NCBI GenBank assembly: GCA_003971905.1
Contig: RSEE01000005.1
Location: 930,001 to 994,000 of the forward strand
Length of the DNA stretch: 64,000 nt
Direction: 5' to 3'
Origin: Moniliella sp. 'wahieum'
Taxonomy: Eukaryota
A program made the position numbers and the translations under genes. The notes under the pieces are model-generated. The model did not search any database and was not told the origin of the DNA. It was given only the letters and a program-made list of their open reading frames with translations. Below are positions 25,644-37,640 of this stretch, in pieces (the first letter of the stretch is position 1; each line of letters starts with the position of its first letter).

Positions 25644-28600
25644 ATGGACACCCTCGACCTCGCCACCCACCAGTTCATATTCAGCGAGCTCGCCACCACC
25701 CTCGCCGCCCAGGCCGCCCGTGGCAAGCTGGCCGAGGGCGACCTCGCCGTCTTTGCGACCCCCGCCCGCAGCGCCCCCTACCTCTCCCTCGCCGATGTGC
25801 GCACCCAGGCCGGCCTGGCCGACTTTTGCGCCACCCTGGCCGTCGCCCAGGGCCCCTCTGCCGTTGACCAGATCCAGCCTGTCCTCGCCGACATCCGCTC
25901 CCAGCTGGACCAGCTCGTCGACACCCAGTTCGAGGAGTCCATGGTCTGGCATGGCTGGGCCCCGCCCGACCAGCTCGCCTACGCCCTGGTCGCCGGTCTG
26001 CTTCGTGTTGCGCGCCACGTTCCCTCGGTGCGTGACGCTAACCTGCACAGCATCCTTGCCTTTGCCCACAGCCTGGGCACTAAGCTGTCTGCCCCACCGG
26101 CGACACCCACGCCATCGCAACTCGGTTCGCGCCCAGTTTCCATGGCCTGTATCGCGCTGTGGCCGACGTTCCGTTTCCATGGAAACCCTCCGAGTTTGTG
26201 GAAATGAGCAAGGTCTTCCACCTCATTGGATCCTCTACCCTCGTCCTGCGCCGCCTCAATGACGCCCTTGTCATCCTCCCCGAGCAAGAGGCCGCGTACG
26301 ACCAAGCCACCCGCTCTACCCGCCGCCGCGCCAAGGAAGACCCTGGCGACAACGCTTCGGTTACCACCTTTCTCACCCAGTCCGATGTCGAGTCGCTGGA
26401 ACAGGACGAGACAATGTTTGAGGACAAAGCAGACGAGGATGCGTTTGAGTATCGTGCTGGCCTCTTGACCTTCTATGAACGCTCCCATCGTCCCTGTCGG
26501 GCCAGTTTGTGCTGTGCGCCAGTGTCGAGATGTTGACCAGCGTCTTGTCGCAAGTGCTCGCTGCTTACACTTCTCCCTCCTCGGCCGAAGGGAAGCGGTC
26601 CCAGCCTCTGGATGAGCCAGCTCAAGTCCAAGCTTCTCCCGAGGAGGATGCGACCTCGACGCACATCGCCTGGGGCAAGTTGCTCACTGTGCCCGTGTCT
26701 TCCATTGAGGATGGCGAGTTTGCCCATGCGCTTGCCACCACCCTTCGTCTGGCCGGTCAAGCGTACCACAATGTGTACCGGTTTGTGCTCAACGAACAGA
26801 TTAAAGAACACGGCGCGATCGTAGCCGAACTCTACTCGCTCGAGATCCTCTCGGAAACACTCAAGCTCAGTGTCCTGTCAACTGTGGGCCAAGCCCGTTC
26901 AGACCCTGCCGCCATCAGTCCCGTGGTGGATGGAGACGTGTTTGGACGGGTCCGTACCCTCCTCTCGGACCAAGCGATGATCTACGAGCCCATCCTTCAG
27001 AGCGCCGCCCTGCAATGCACCGGCATCCTGGTGCTCAACTTCCCCAGCCTCGTGATGCCCATGACGAGTCAGCTGCGCCGCTTTGTGACGACACCGTTGG
27101 CGATGTTTGAGCCGCTGCCGGATCAGGAGGGACCTATCTCCCCTATTCTGGTCAGCGCTGCCAAGGCCTTGCGCAGCTGCGTGACGGCCCACGGCGACAA
27201 GGACCTGGTCGTCTCAACGGTGTATACGTTGCTCAACTATCTCGGTCGCGACATGGGATATCCTCCACCGGTGGCTCGACCCGCTCAGGCTTCTCGCGCA
27301 TGAGCACGCGTGACCGCGAACCTGTCATGGCTGGCCGGACCGAAGAACAGAAGGCGGCCATCACGGCCAATGCGCTCGCTCTTGTTTCGCGCCTGGCAGC
27401 GGAGGTGGGCACACCCGAGGTGATTAGCCTTACGCTGAGCATGCTGCTCCAACGCCTCCGTGCCGCCGATGGATTTACCGAGGGGATCATCATGCTCAAC
27501 ATTATTCCTCTGGCGATTATTGGGAGCAACACTCGTTTATTGAGGTTGTTCGTGCCTTTAGCTCGGTTCTGCGCAGCACCATGGCTGGCGGGGTCCAGCG
27601 CCGCGACAGCGAGGCTACTCATGTGGCCTTGTTCCAGCTGGCGCGCAGCCTGAAGCAACGGCCCGCTGAAGCAGCGTCGTCGGTGGCCCCCACTGCGAAT
27701 GGCACCACCAAGGAGGCGGACAAGGCCGACGAGGCGGCGTCCAACCCCAAGGAAATGTTCCTGGTTGAATTGCTGCAACTCTTCAATGAGCGCGGAAAGC
27801 AGCTGCAGGCGGCAACGAGTGCGCGAGCTACCAAGGAGGAGCTGTCTGAACTGCGGCTGGAGATGGCGCGGCTGTTGCCGACGATTGCCGAACTGTTGAC
27901 GCACAAGGATCTCAACCCGCAGCTGGAGCCTACCCTCGACATGGTCGCCCTCTTCCGCAACATGTGGTTCTTGTCGGTCTTGTTCAACTTGACCAACATC
28001 CAAGTGGCGCGGGGTGCGGCGTTGTTGGCCACTCGGTCGCACGCACCCCTGCCTTCGGTGGATTCCGTCATACATCCTGCGTCGGACATTCAGCGCATCT
28101 TTGCTCTCGTGGCGCTCAAGACGCCCACCTTGGTCCCGGAGACGCGGAACTACCTCGAATCCGAGCTGCAGTACAACTCGGTGCTCAAGAGCGACTTTGG
28201 TAACTCGGCGATCGAGACGCAGCGGCAGCAATTGGCCAAGATTGTTCCTGCGGCATGCCGCGACGGTCAAGGCGTTCAAGCTGCCTGAGATCGTCTTTTT
28301 GCTGACCATCTACAATGTCGAAGTCATTCGCAGCAGTTTGGGCCAGCCGTCAATGCTGCTCTGGTACTTTGTCAATGACGGTCTCAACTCGTCGCGCCTG
28401 GTCGGTCCGATGGAGAGCATTGTGGACACGGTCATCAAACAGTACCTCCAGGACATTCGCGCGCGCATGGCCGAGCACAGCGTCGATCCGCAAGTGGTCA
28501 ACGAGATTCAAAACCTGTTCCTCGGCTCTGTCCACCGGGTCACCAAGGTGCGCGAGATTTCTCGCCGCTTCTTGGACGCGCTCTTTGGCACGTACCCGGC

Positions 28601-31600
28601 ACTGCTGTGCGACCCCAAGCTGATTGTGGTGGTACTGGAGATGCTTACCTTGCTTCGCCAGGGATGCGAGGCGGCTTACACGGACGAGTACATGCCCGTC
28701 TACACCTTTGTTTCGTCGCGGGCTGGCATTTCCTTTGACTTGACTGACAATTACGTCCAACGCGAAGAGATCCTGCGCTCTTTCCTCCAGAGTGCCGCAA
28801 GTACCTCCAGCTGACTCTCGGGTCGCCCCCGTCGAGCTCAAGAGCTTGCTAGAGGAGTACCTCTCCAACGTCGACGGTTCCTCTTCGGGATCCTACACAG
28901 AGTTGGGTAAGAGCGTCGCGGCTGAGATGGCTCGGTCGGCTTCGGTGGGAAACCGTCAAGAGGCGTTCCTCCCGGCGCTGGGTGGATGGCAGGCGGACGC
29001 CAGCAGCAGCTTGTTTGACGACCTGACCGCCAAGTCCAATTACGGCGGCGAGGTCACCGGGATTCACCTTGCCCTTACACGCCAACTCGCCGAATTGAAG
29101 GATGATCCCTCGACCGACTTTTCCGAGGCGACCATCTCCAACGTCAAGGCCCAGTGGTTGCGGTTGCCAAGGCGACCAGCCCCGGCTGCCGATCTGCGCC
29201 GTCTGCTCTACCGCACAGCCGCCTTGATTGTGGCTTTGCCTCATGTACGTTCACTTCTGCTTTGCTCTGCCCCAACTGCCCCCCTTTTGTTTTCCTCCAT
29301 ACCGCGAAAGCTGACATATCCCTTCTGTAGGTGGACTTTGACCTGATCCACTACCTTGTCTCCATCCCAGTTCATCTGTTTGATCCGGTGACCGTTCTGA
29401 CTGCGACCCATACTTGGTCGTGGGTCCTCTCAGCCCGGCCGGCGGCAGAGAGCAAGTTGATGACCGAGTTGACACTCGCCTGGACCTGGACCATCCACAC
29501 CGCCGAGGCCTCTTTTCGCCCATGCTCACCTCCAAGCATCCCTTCTTCCAGAAAACCGAGATGAGCGCCTTTGATCGCAACCTGATCACGGCCGAACTGA
29601 GCACGGCCAAGCAGCTCTTGAACCTCACTTGATTCTCATCCGCCTCATCTCGATCGGTACCAGGCGTTCCAGAGCCGAGACCCGGCCATGGCCTTGTCCA
29701 CCGCACGCTTGCTTGACAACACGGCCCGTGCGGCCGACTTGATGAGCACGCACCCCTTGAGCCGCGAGGTACGCTTCATGATTGTTCAATTTGGGTTGCG
29801 CGTGCTGCAGGGCGGCACGCTGGATGTGTTCCTGGAATACCAGCTGCGCAAAGGCTTGTACCGCGTCGCGTTGAGTTGGTTTGCCGGTCTACCCTCTTGG
29901 TCCTTTGGCAGCAACCGGCTGCAGGTCTTGGCCGAGCTGCGCCTGATGCAGGAAGTGATGGCGCTGTTGCAACAAGACCGTCTCGCTGCCGTCGAATCGC
30001 TCACGTCGTTCCCTGCCGACCCGCTGTACGTGCGTTTGGGTGGCCACATGTCGGTGGCTCAGGCGGCCCAGTCAATTGCCGAGCAACGCCAAGTGCTTCT
30101 CCTGCTCATCGAGAACGAGGTGTCTCGTTACTCGGTTTGGTCCAACCCGCTCCAAGCGCCGGCGCGCGGCAAGGATTATGTGGGCCCCGTGACGAGCAAA
30201 ATGACCGAATCCGGCTGGGCGGCGGCGGTGCGGGTGGCCTGGTCTGTGTACCCATCTGTGGTGGTGCAGATGATGCAACGGCTGCAAGTGCCTACCGTTG
30301 GGATGGAAGCCGGCCGCCGCCTAGTTCGGTCCGAGCCGTGGAAAGTGGTGGACTGTCCCGATGCGCTGCCGCTCCTGACGGACAATTACCTTCAGAGTGC
30401 GCTGCGCGAACGGTCTGACTTGAGCTGGCTGTTGTACTGGGCCCCTGTCTCGCCAGTGGAGGCCGTGGAGCTGTTCCAGCCCAAGTACGGAAGCAATCCG
30501 CTTCTGTTCCAGTATGCCATGAAGACGCTCAAGCACCATCCGGTCGACTTGACCTTCTTTTGTTCCCCAAATTGTCCAGGCGCTACGGTCGGATCCGTAT
30601 GGGTACGTGGAACAGTTTATCTTTGAGCAGTCCAAGATCTCCCAGCTGTTCTGCCACCAGATTATTTGGAACATGCGCGCCAACAGTTACAAGGACGACG
30701 ATGCATCGATTGAAGACTCGCTCAAACCTACCTTGGACCGGATGGTGGATTCGATTGTGAGTCACCTGTCGGGGCAGGCCCAAGAGTTTTATGAACGCGA
30801 GTTCTCCTTCTTCAATGAAGTGACCGACATCTCGGGTAAACTCAAGCCCTACATTAAGAATCCAAGGCGGAAAAGAAGGCCAAGATGATGAGAGGAGATG
30901 GCCAAGATCAAGGTGGATCAAGGCGTGTATTTGCCGTCCAACCCGGATGGCGTGGTGGTGGATTTGGCGCGCAAGTCGGGTCGGCCCCTTCAATCGCACG
31001 CCAAGGCGCCGTTTATGGCCACTTTAAGGTGCGCCGCGAGGTGCCTCGGCCCGGGGCGGCGCTGGACGCCAACGGTAAGATCCCCATGATGCCCATTGAC
31101 GTTTGGCAGTCGGCCATCTTCAAGGTGGGTGACGATTGTCGGCAAGATGTGCTGGCGCTGCAGATCATTGCCATGTTTAAAAACATCTTTACCAACGCGG
31201 GCTCGACTTGTACCTCAACCCCTACCGTGTTACCGCGACCGGACCGGGAACGGGTGTGATTGATGTGGTGCCCAACGCCACGTCGCGCGATGAGATGGGC
31301 CGCGCCCAGGTCAACGATCTCTATGCCTGGTTCCTCTCCACGTTTGGCAACCCGGACAGCATCTCATTCCAAAAGGCCCGCATCAACTTTATCCAGTCCA
31401 TGGCCGGGTACAGCTTGGCGACATACATTGCCCAAGTGCGCGACCGGCACAATGGTAACATTATGATTGATGGCGAGGGCCACTTGGTCCACATTGACTT
31501 TGGCTTCTTGTTTGATATTGGGTACGTCCTTCTTTCCTTTTCCTGCTGGCAACGGACCCCTTTGACCGTGGGATGTGTGGGTGTGAATGTGGTTGTGGGG

Positions 31601-31969
31601 TACAGACCGGGTGGGATGCGCTTTGAGCCGGACAGCTTCAAGTTGACGGGGGAGATGATTGAGGTGATGGGCGGCGGCAAGAGCCAAGGGTTCCAACTCT
31701 ACTCGGAGTTGGTCGTCAAGGGCTTCCTCGCCATTCGGGAATACGCCGAAGACGTGATTGCCGTGTGCCATTTGATGTTGCCGACGGATCTGCCTTCGTT
31801 CAAGGGCGAACCTACGATTGGTCGGCTGCGCGACCGGTTCAAGTTGGACCTCAGCCCGCGCGAGGCGGCCAAGTACGCCGAAGGCTTGATTGCCAATGCG
31901 TACGAAAACCGCCGTTCCACCGCATACGACGAACTGCAGTACATCCAAAACGGTATCCCCCGTCGTTAA
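25644..31969 (+). CDS. STT4: Phosphatidylinositol 4-kinase type III-alpha
   Basis: [102 protein letters not shown]. Introns near 29245-29329 and 31522-31605; many 1-nt indels. Confidence 0.97.
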
Positions 31970-32751
31970 AGTGGTGTTATCCCCCCCCTCGACCTCCTCC
32001 AGGGGCTGTGGCGTGGCTCGTGTTTCGCCCTCCCTCTGCCATGATTTGCTCGACGACAGTCGCGGATGGCTTGAATGGGCTGGCGGCTTTTGTGCTCTTC
32101 CCCCCCCCCCACACTGCCCTATCGTATCTCCTTGTGGTGCCTCTGGCCAGCTTGGCCTCTTGCTTTCCTCTTCCACACGTACAAATCGATCTTTTTGTTC
32201 GTACTACACACTACACGCTACCCGTTTCCCACACCCTCGCCCTGTTTCTTATCCAGGTCTCCTTGTAGCCAGCCCGCGATCCTGGGATGCGGGATGGGGG
32301 GAGCAAACCGCTTACCTTGACAGGCGTCCCGGCTCATCCAGCCGTCTCTGGCCGTCCTGTCCCCCGGCCCATGCACGCAAGCTCGTTGCCATAGTCAGCA
32401 TGTCATATCGCTTGGCAATGAACCACATTCTCACCTAGGTAGTCTAGAGCGCACTCCACTGGAGACGGTCCTTTAGCCGGTCAGGAGATCCGATCGGGGG
32501 CAAAAAATTAAAGCGTTGTGCCCACCGGCTCTGTCTTGAATCAAGCACTGCCAACGTCGGTGGTGGTGGGAACCAAATGAGGATGCCCGTCCCAACGCTT
32601 CCCCGCCTCCGGTGGAGAGGGGTCCCACGGGCTCAGGCACGACGAGTAAACCCACGATGCGAGCACCTCTACCCCGGCAGAATCTCAAGGCAAAAAGGGG
32701 ATAAAAGGATGCAGGTGCCTAGATCAAAGGATCTATGCACAATGCCAACTA

Positions 32752-32838
32752 GCCTCGCTATTTCAATCGGTAGTAGAATTTGAGACTCTTACTGCAGAGG
32801 TCATCTCACGGTTGTGGGTTCGAGTCCCACGTGGGGCG
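32752..32838 (+). tRNA. tRNA-Lys(CTT) with 11-nt intron (32792-32802)
   Basis: Cloverleaf GCCTCGC/GTGGGGC, anticodon arm TGAGA-CT CTT A[intron]A-TCTCA, T-arm GTGGG TTCGAGT CCCAC, downstream TTTTT terminator. Confidence 0.9.
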
Positions 32839-33062
32839 CTTATTTTTGTTTGGTCTTGGTCGGGATCGGCAGGCTGTCGGAACGCATACATCTCCCTGCC
32901 CGGGGGTCCCCTATGGTAGTTTTGGCGGACCCCGAGAGCAAGGGGCGCACGTGTGCGTATAGATTCCCGGGGAACTCCCTTTTGGTGGAGCACTGGCGGA
33001 TGGGGCGAGGCAATATAGGGGGGGGGGCGCAAACACGTTTGTGGTGCCCAATGTGGGAGTGG

Positions 33063-33180
33063 GAGCAAGCGAGAGAGCAAGCGAGAGAGCAAGCGAGAGC
33101 AAGCGAGAGCAAGAAGAGCAAGGAGAGAGCAAGCGAGAGCAACTACGAGAGCAAGCGAGAGCAAGCAAGACCAAGCGAGA
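33063..33180. repeat. Degenerate purine-rich tandem repeat of ~10-12-bp GAGCAAGCGA(GA) units
   Basis: About 11 tandem copies read directly, downstream of the tRNA-Lys gene. Confidence 0.85.
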
Positions 33181-34663
33181 GAAGGAATACGAAAGAAGGG
33201 GTAGCGCATCCGATGGTTGATCGGTTGACCGCCGTGCACACACCGTGGCCGCGGGCACATGCCGCCGTAATCGATGATCGATGATCTGGGTCCACTGTCA
33301 GTATCCAGTATCCCAGGGCTAACTAAGGGTTACCGGTAACGTTAACCCTGTTAACGTAGGGGTCTCACGCGTCTTATGCGCCATGTATCCATGACGCGCG
33401 TGACGGCAGATTCAGACATAGGCGTCGCTACGCCAGGCTAGACCTGCTACACCTGCATACACCTGCTAGACCTCGCTCCCTCCCCGAAGGCCCTATCGAC
33501 ACCGCACGATCTCATCAGCATCAAGCCTAGGTTGCTGCCGCCTTGCTGCCACATATAAATCAGCCAGGGCGAGATGAGAGAGACTGGGCGCAAGAAAGCG
33601 TGTGGGCGCACCCCTCCTACGTATGCGATGCATGGAGGCACAGGGCCAGTGGGGCCAGCGGCGTGTCCAAATTCCAAAAGTTTGAAATTTAACCAGATGC
33701 ACTGTTGTTCCTGGCTCGAATAGTCTCGCCGCCACGCAGCCTCGGATTCAGCTCTCGCTTTCGGAATCCACCAGCAGACAGTGTGCCCCCCATGCCCCCG
33801 CGCCGGTGCTTCGCCCTCGCGCCGACAGCCATGGGGCAGGGGGCGCTAGGGGGCAATTGGATTGCCACGCAGCGGCGCGAGTGCGAGCGTCCTTCAAGAT
33901 GCGAATGCGAACCACTGACCTGGCTGCCTTCCAGGGCCTAGCTACTGCAAGGCGTACCAGGCGTGCCCGGTGACCCTGGCTTGGACGATGATCGATGAGT
34001 GAGCGTCGCCATGGTCTGGAGAAGGGGAGGGGAACAGTGGCAGTGTGAAGGCAGGGGGAGTGGGTGCTGGGTCGGCTGGGGCAAGGGAAGTGGGTGGGGG
34101 TGCGGGCGGGGGGGTGTGCTGCTGCGCTGCCTGGCGCCGCACCGACGTGGAGTGGTGGGGCGGCGCGGGGGGGCTGTGGGTGGGTCGCGGATGGGGGATG
34201 GGGGATGGTCAATATTCCAGATCGCCCAATGGCAGTGCAGGCTAGTGCGCCCTCCTGCCTGCGCGTCGCCGCGGCTGGCCAGCGCTGGCCTGCTGCCCCC
34301 GTGCGTGCAGCCTGCGGGGTGCTGCGGCCGGCATTTGAACGCGGATGCATACATGGATGGGATATGGGCAGCACAGCGCAGCACCACACCAGCCTGTAGC
34401 TCTGCAGCTGTGTACTACTCAGTAGTGCCCCCGTCGAAACGGCCCAAGATCGCTCACAGAGGCGGAGCACCACCGCACCAACCCTACGGCCCAAGGCCAC
34501 GTGCATCACACTGCCCAGCCGCCGGCGCGGGCGGCGCCATATATGGCGCTGGCCCCAATACCAACTCCGCTCGCCGCGCAGCCCCTCCCGTGGCGCCTCC
34601 CGCTCGCCCCCTCGCCCGCCCCCTCGCCCTCCTCGTTAGCCCCGCTCTGGCCACCACGACAGG

Positions 34664-36393
34664 ATGAGCCACGCACGCTCCACCTCCTCCGTCGCCATCT
34701 GGCTCTCATCGCCCAGCGAGGACGAGGGCGACGCCGTCAGCGACCGCACCCTCCTCAACCCCTCCCCACCCCCTCCGCCGCCTCCCCCCGCCCCTCTCTC
34801 GCGCCGGCAGCCCGCGCGCCAAGTGGTGGTCTAAACAGCGCTTCGACTACTTCCCTCTGCCTGCCGCCGACTCCCGTCTCTCTCTCTCCTCCCGCCCATC
34901 CAGCGACGGGACGGAGGAAAAGACACCCACCCTCCCCTCTCATTCCCGCTCGCCCTCCGTCGACCTGCCGCCGACCCCGCGCCCCTGCTCGCGGCGGCGC
35001 AATAGTCATTGTCCTGGTTGCGCTCGCCGGCGCCGGCTTGTTGGTCCTCGGAATCCTTTCCCAGCTCTTCCGCGCCCCGCCCTACAACCTGCTCGCGCCG
35101 CAGGGTTATGCACAGCTGCTCGACGACTTTGTCCGCACCCAGCAGCTCTCTCCCGCCCAGGGCAAGCCGTGGGCCAGTGCCGTCTCTTCCCACCTCGCGC
35201 AGCTCTCTTTCCGCATGCAAAACTGGCAAGATGCCCGCTCCTGCCCTGCCCTCCGCAACGCCAAGCCTGTTCCCTACCCCATCGTACGCCATCCCCCAGC
35301 TGCCATCCCCAACACTATGTTTAGTTCCGACCGTGTCGCTCCGCCGGCCGACGAGTTGGAGCCTGGAAGTCGTCTTGGCGCACCTTGGGATTCGACCCCA
35401 CCTTCCTTACCGATGAGATGGCGGATGCTTTTGTTGCCACCCACTTTGGCAGTCCCAACTCGTCTCAGACTCCGAGCGCGACAGAACATGCATGGCATGC
35501 GCTGCCCGTGGTGTCCTCCGTGCCGATTTCCTCCGCTACATTCCTTCTTGTCCGAGGCGGGACGTGGGCGGACATGGATGTGACCCCCCTGGCACCCATG
35601 GCCGGGTGGGCCGAACCAGATGAACGATGGATCCCTGCTCCCGATCCGAGGTCCGCCTCGGGCGACTGCCTGCCTCTCAGCCTCATTCCGCCTCCCTCGA
35701 GCCCATCCGGCTCGTGGTCGGACTGGAGTGCGAGCCATGGACGTACTTTCTCCACAGTGCTCGGGGCTGGCTCGAGTCCCTTCGCATTCTCCCCATGAAC
35801 CGACACCGCGAGGTTCAGTTTACCCAGTGGGCGCTGCATGGTAGCGCGGGCCACCCTGTGCTGGTGGACGTGTGCGCCGGCTGCTCAAAGCCGACACGCT
35901 CTACTCGGCGTACACGGTGCAAAACGCCCATCGCGTCTCGTACGAAGTCTCGGCCGATGCGTCTCGTCTCGCCCCGGCCCACGACCCGCACCCCTGGACC
36001 GACATTGGTGCGCGCGCGGCACTGGACGCCCCCCGCGCCACTCTACCCGCCCCTGTCTGAGGGCGAGGCTGACGCCGTCTTGGCTGCGCTGGCGCCTGTG
36101 GCCGTGGATGTGGCCCTGGCCACGGCTCGGCTGGCACCCGCTCAGCGTAGAGGAATGGACCGGACCCGCACTTTGGACCGACGCGGTAGTCAGTTACCTC
36201 TACGCCGTCGGAGGTGTGCGCCCACGCGACCTGTACGGCCTTACGCACCCCGTGTGCAAGTGGCCGACGTGCTCATTGCCCCCTCCTCTTGGTTCAACCC
36301 GGACGACCGAACATGGGACCAGGCCAAAGTCATCCACAATTTCCGTGGTTCGTGGAAACACGGCGCCGACTTGCCACCAACCAAACCAGATAA
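34664..36393 (+). CDS. Glycosyltransferase family 32 (OCH1-like alpha-1,6-mannosyltransferase), frameshifted in the assembly
   Basis: Type II TM anchor (IVIVLVALAGAGLLVLGIL), GGTWADMDV (DxD), IRLVVGLE, REVQFTQWALHGSAGHPVL, VEEWTGPALWTDAV, terminal VIHNFRGSWK. Ends approximate. Confidence 0.85.
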
Positions 36394-37196
36394 CCCAGAC
36401 ACTTCTCCCCTCCCATACCATCCGACCTTGCCGGCCTTGGGCCGGACACTCATTCCATCATGTCATGGGCCATGTCAGCGTTTTTCCCCTTCCCTTTCCC
36501 TAGCCCTTAACCAGTTGCTACGTTTATTCATTTTCAGGACGTTTTTAACCCCCTCCCCCCCTTTTCCCTCCCCCCTTTTCCCGCGGTCCGAGCTTGACGT
36601 TCGGAACCTGGGTTTGTACCCCTAGCCCTCGTCACCTTGCCTTTCCTTGCCACCCTCAAGCCACCCTCCTGAAACTGAGATTGGGGTGCCATTGTTTTCA
36701 GCCTGCCAGGGTATTGCCATCCACCTCTCTTGTCCTCCTCTCCCCCTCCTGATCCCTGTCCTTGCTCTCCTGCTCCCGACTCGTACTGGCTGCGTGCGTG
36801 GACTGTCTTCCTTCATGATGTTTTTTTCCAGGTCTGGGGCCTCACAAGGGCCGTCTGTACACCGTATCTAGACAGTGGTCCGAGGTGCGCCCTGGCGGGC
36901 GGCGTGCGCGGTGCCCGCTTGCCGAGCGGGTCGGACGGGCGCGACGCCGCCATTTCACATTTCAACATTGCAACTTGGCACGCTGCAGCGGCCGGGCGGA
37001 ACGGGCGGAATGCCCGTGGTCGACGAGCGTGGACGGCGTGGCCGAGCGTCAGGCCGCCTGTGGCGGCAGAAGAAGCTGGGCCGGCATCACCACCACCACC
37101 ACCATCGCGTGCCCATTTCCTAGCGCACACCGTATGTCCACCCACGGAGTTTTCTCTGGCGGATCTACTGACCCCGAACCCGTGTGACCGTGTAGG

Positions 37197-37640
37197 ATGT
37201 CCAACGCGCCCGACCGCTTCGCCCTGTTCATCCTCGGGCCCGGGGAAAAGCGGCTGGAGATCCAAGAAGATGTGCGGCTGCCGAATGCCATCTCGGTGGT
37301 GCTGAACAAAGAAGACCATACGTTGGGCAATATGATCCGGTACGCGGTGATGCGCCAGCCGCACGTGCTGTTTTGTGGGTACCAAGTCCCGCACCCGCTC
37401 GAACCGCGCGTGGTGATCCGCATCCAAACCACCGGCGACGTGACGCCGGTCCAAACGCTCCAGGCCGCCTGCCAACAACTCATCTCGGCCGTCGACTCGA
37501 CCCGGTCCCAGTTCCGGCAACAGGTCGTGGCCAAGTTGGGTCCCGACGCGGCCGCACCCACGGCACAGAACGCGGCCGCGCCCATGACTGGGTTTGCCGT
37601 CGAACAGGAATATGGCGAAGGGGTGTTTGTGGATATCTAG
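37197..37640 (+). CDS. RPB11: RNA polymerase II subunit RPB11
   Basis: MSNAPDRFALFILGPGEK...NKEDHTLGNMIR...VLFCGYQVPHPLEP. Probable 5'-UTR intron 37132-37195. Confidence 0.96.
   Translation: MSNAPDRFALFILGPGEKRLEIQEDVRLPNAISVVLNKEDHTLGNMIRYAVMRQPHVLFCGYQVPHPLEPRVVIRIQTTGDVTPVQTLQAACQQLISAVDSTRSQFRQQVVAKLGPDAAAPTAQNAAAPMTGFAVEQEYGEGVFVDI

Noticed and set aside
23906..25726. 606-aa ORF on the minus strand, and many other long overlapping or antisense ORFs
   Set aside because: This ORF is a read-through of GC-rich promoter DNA fused by indels to part of RRP8. The antisense ORFs are shadows of GC-rich coding regions.
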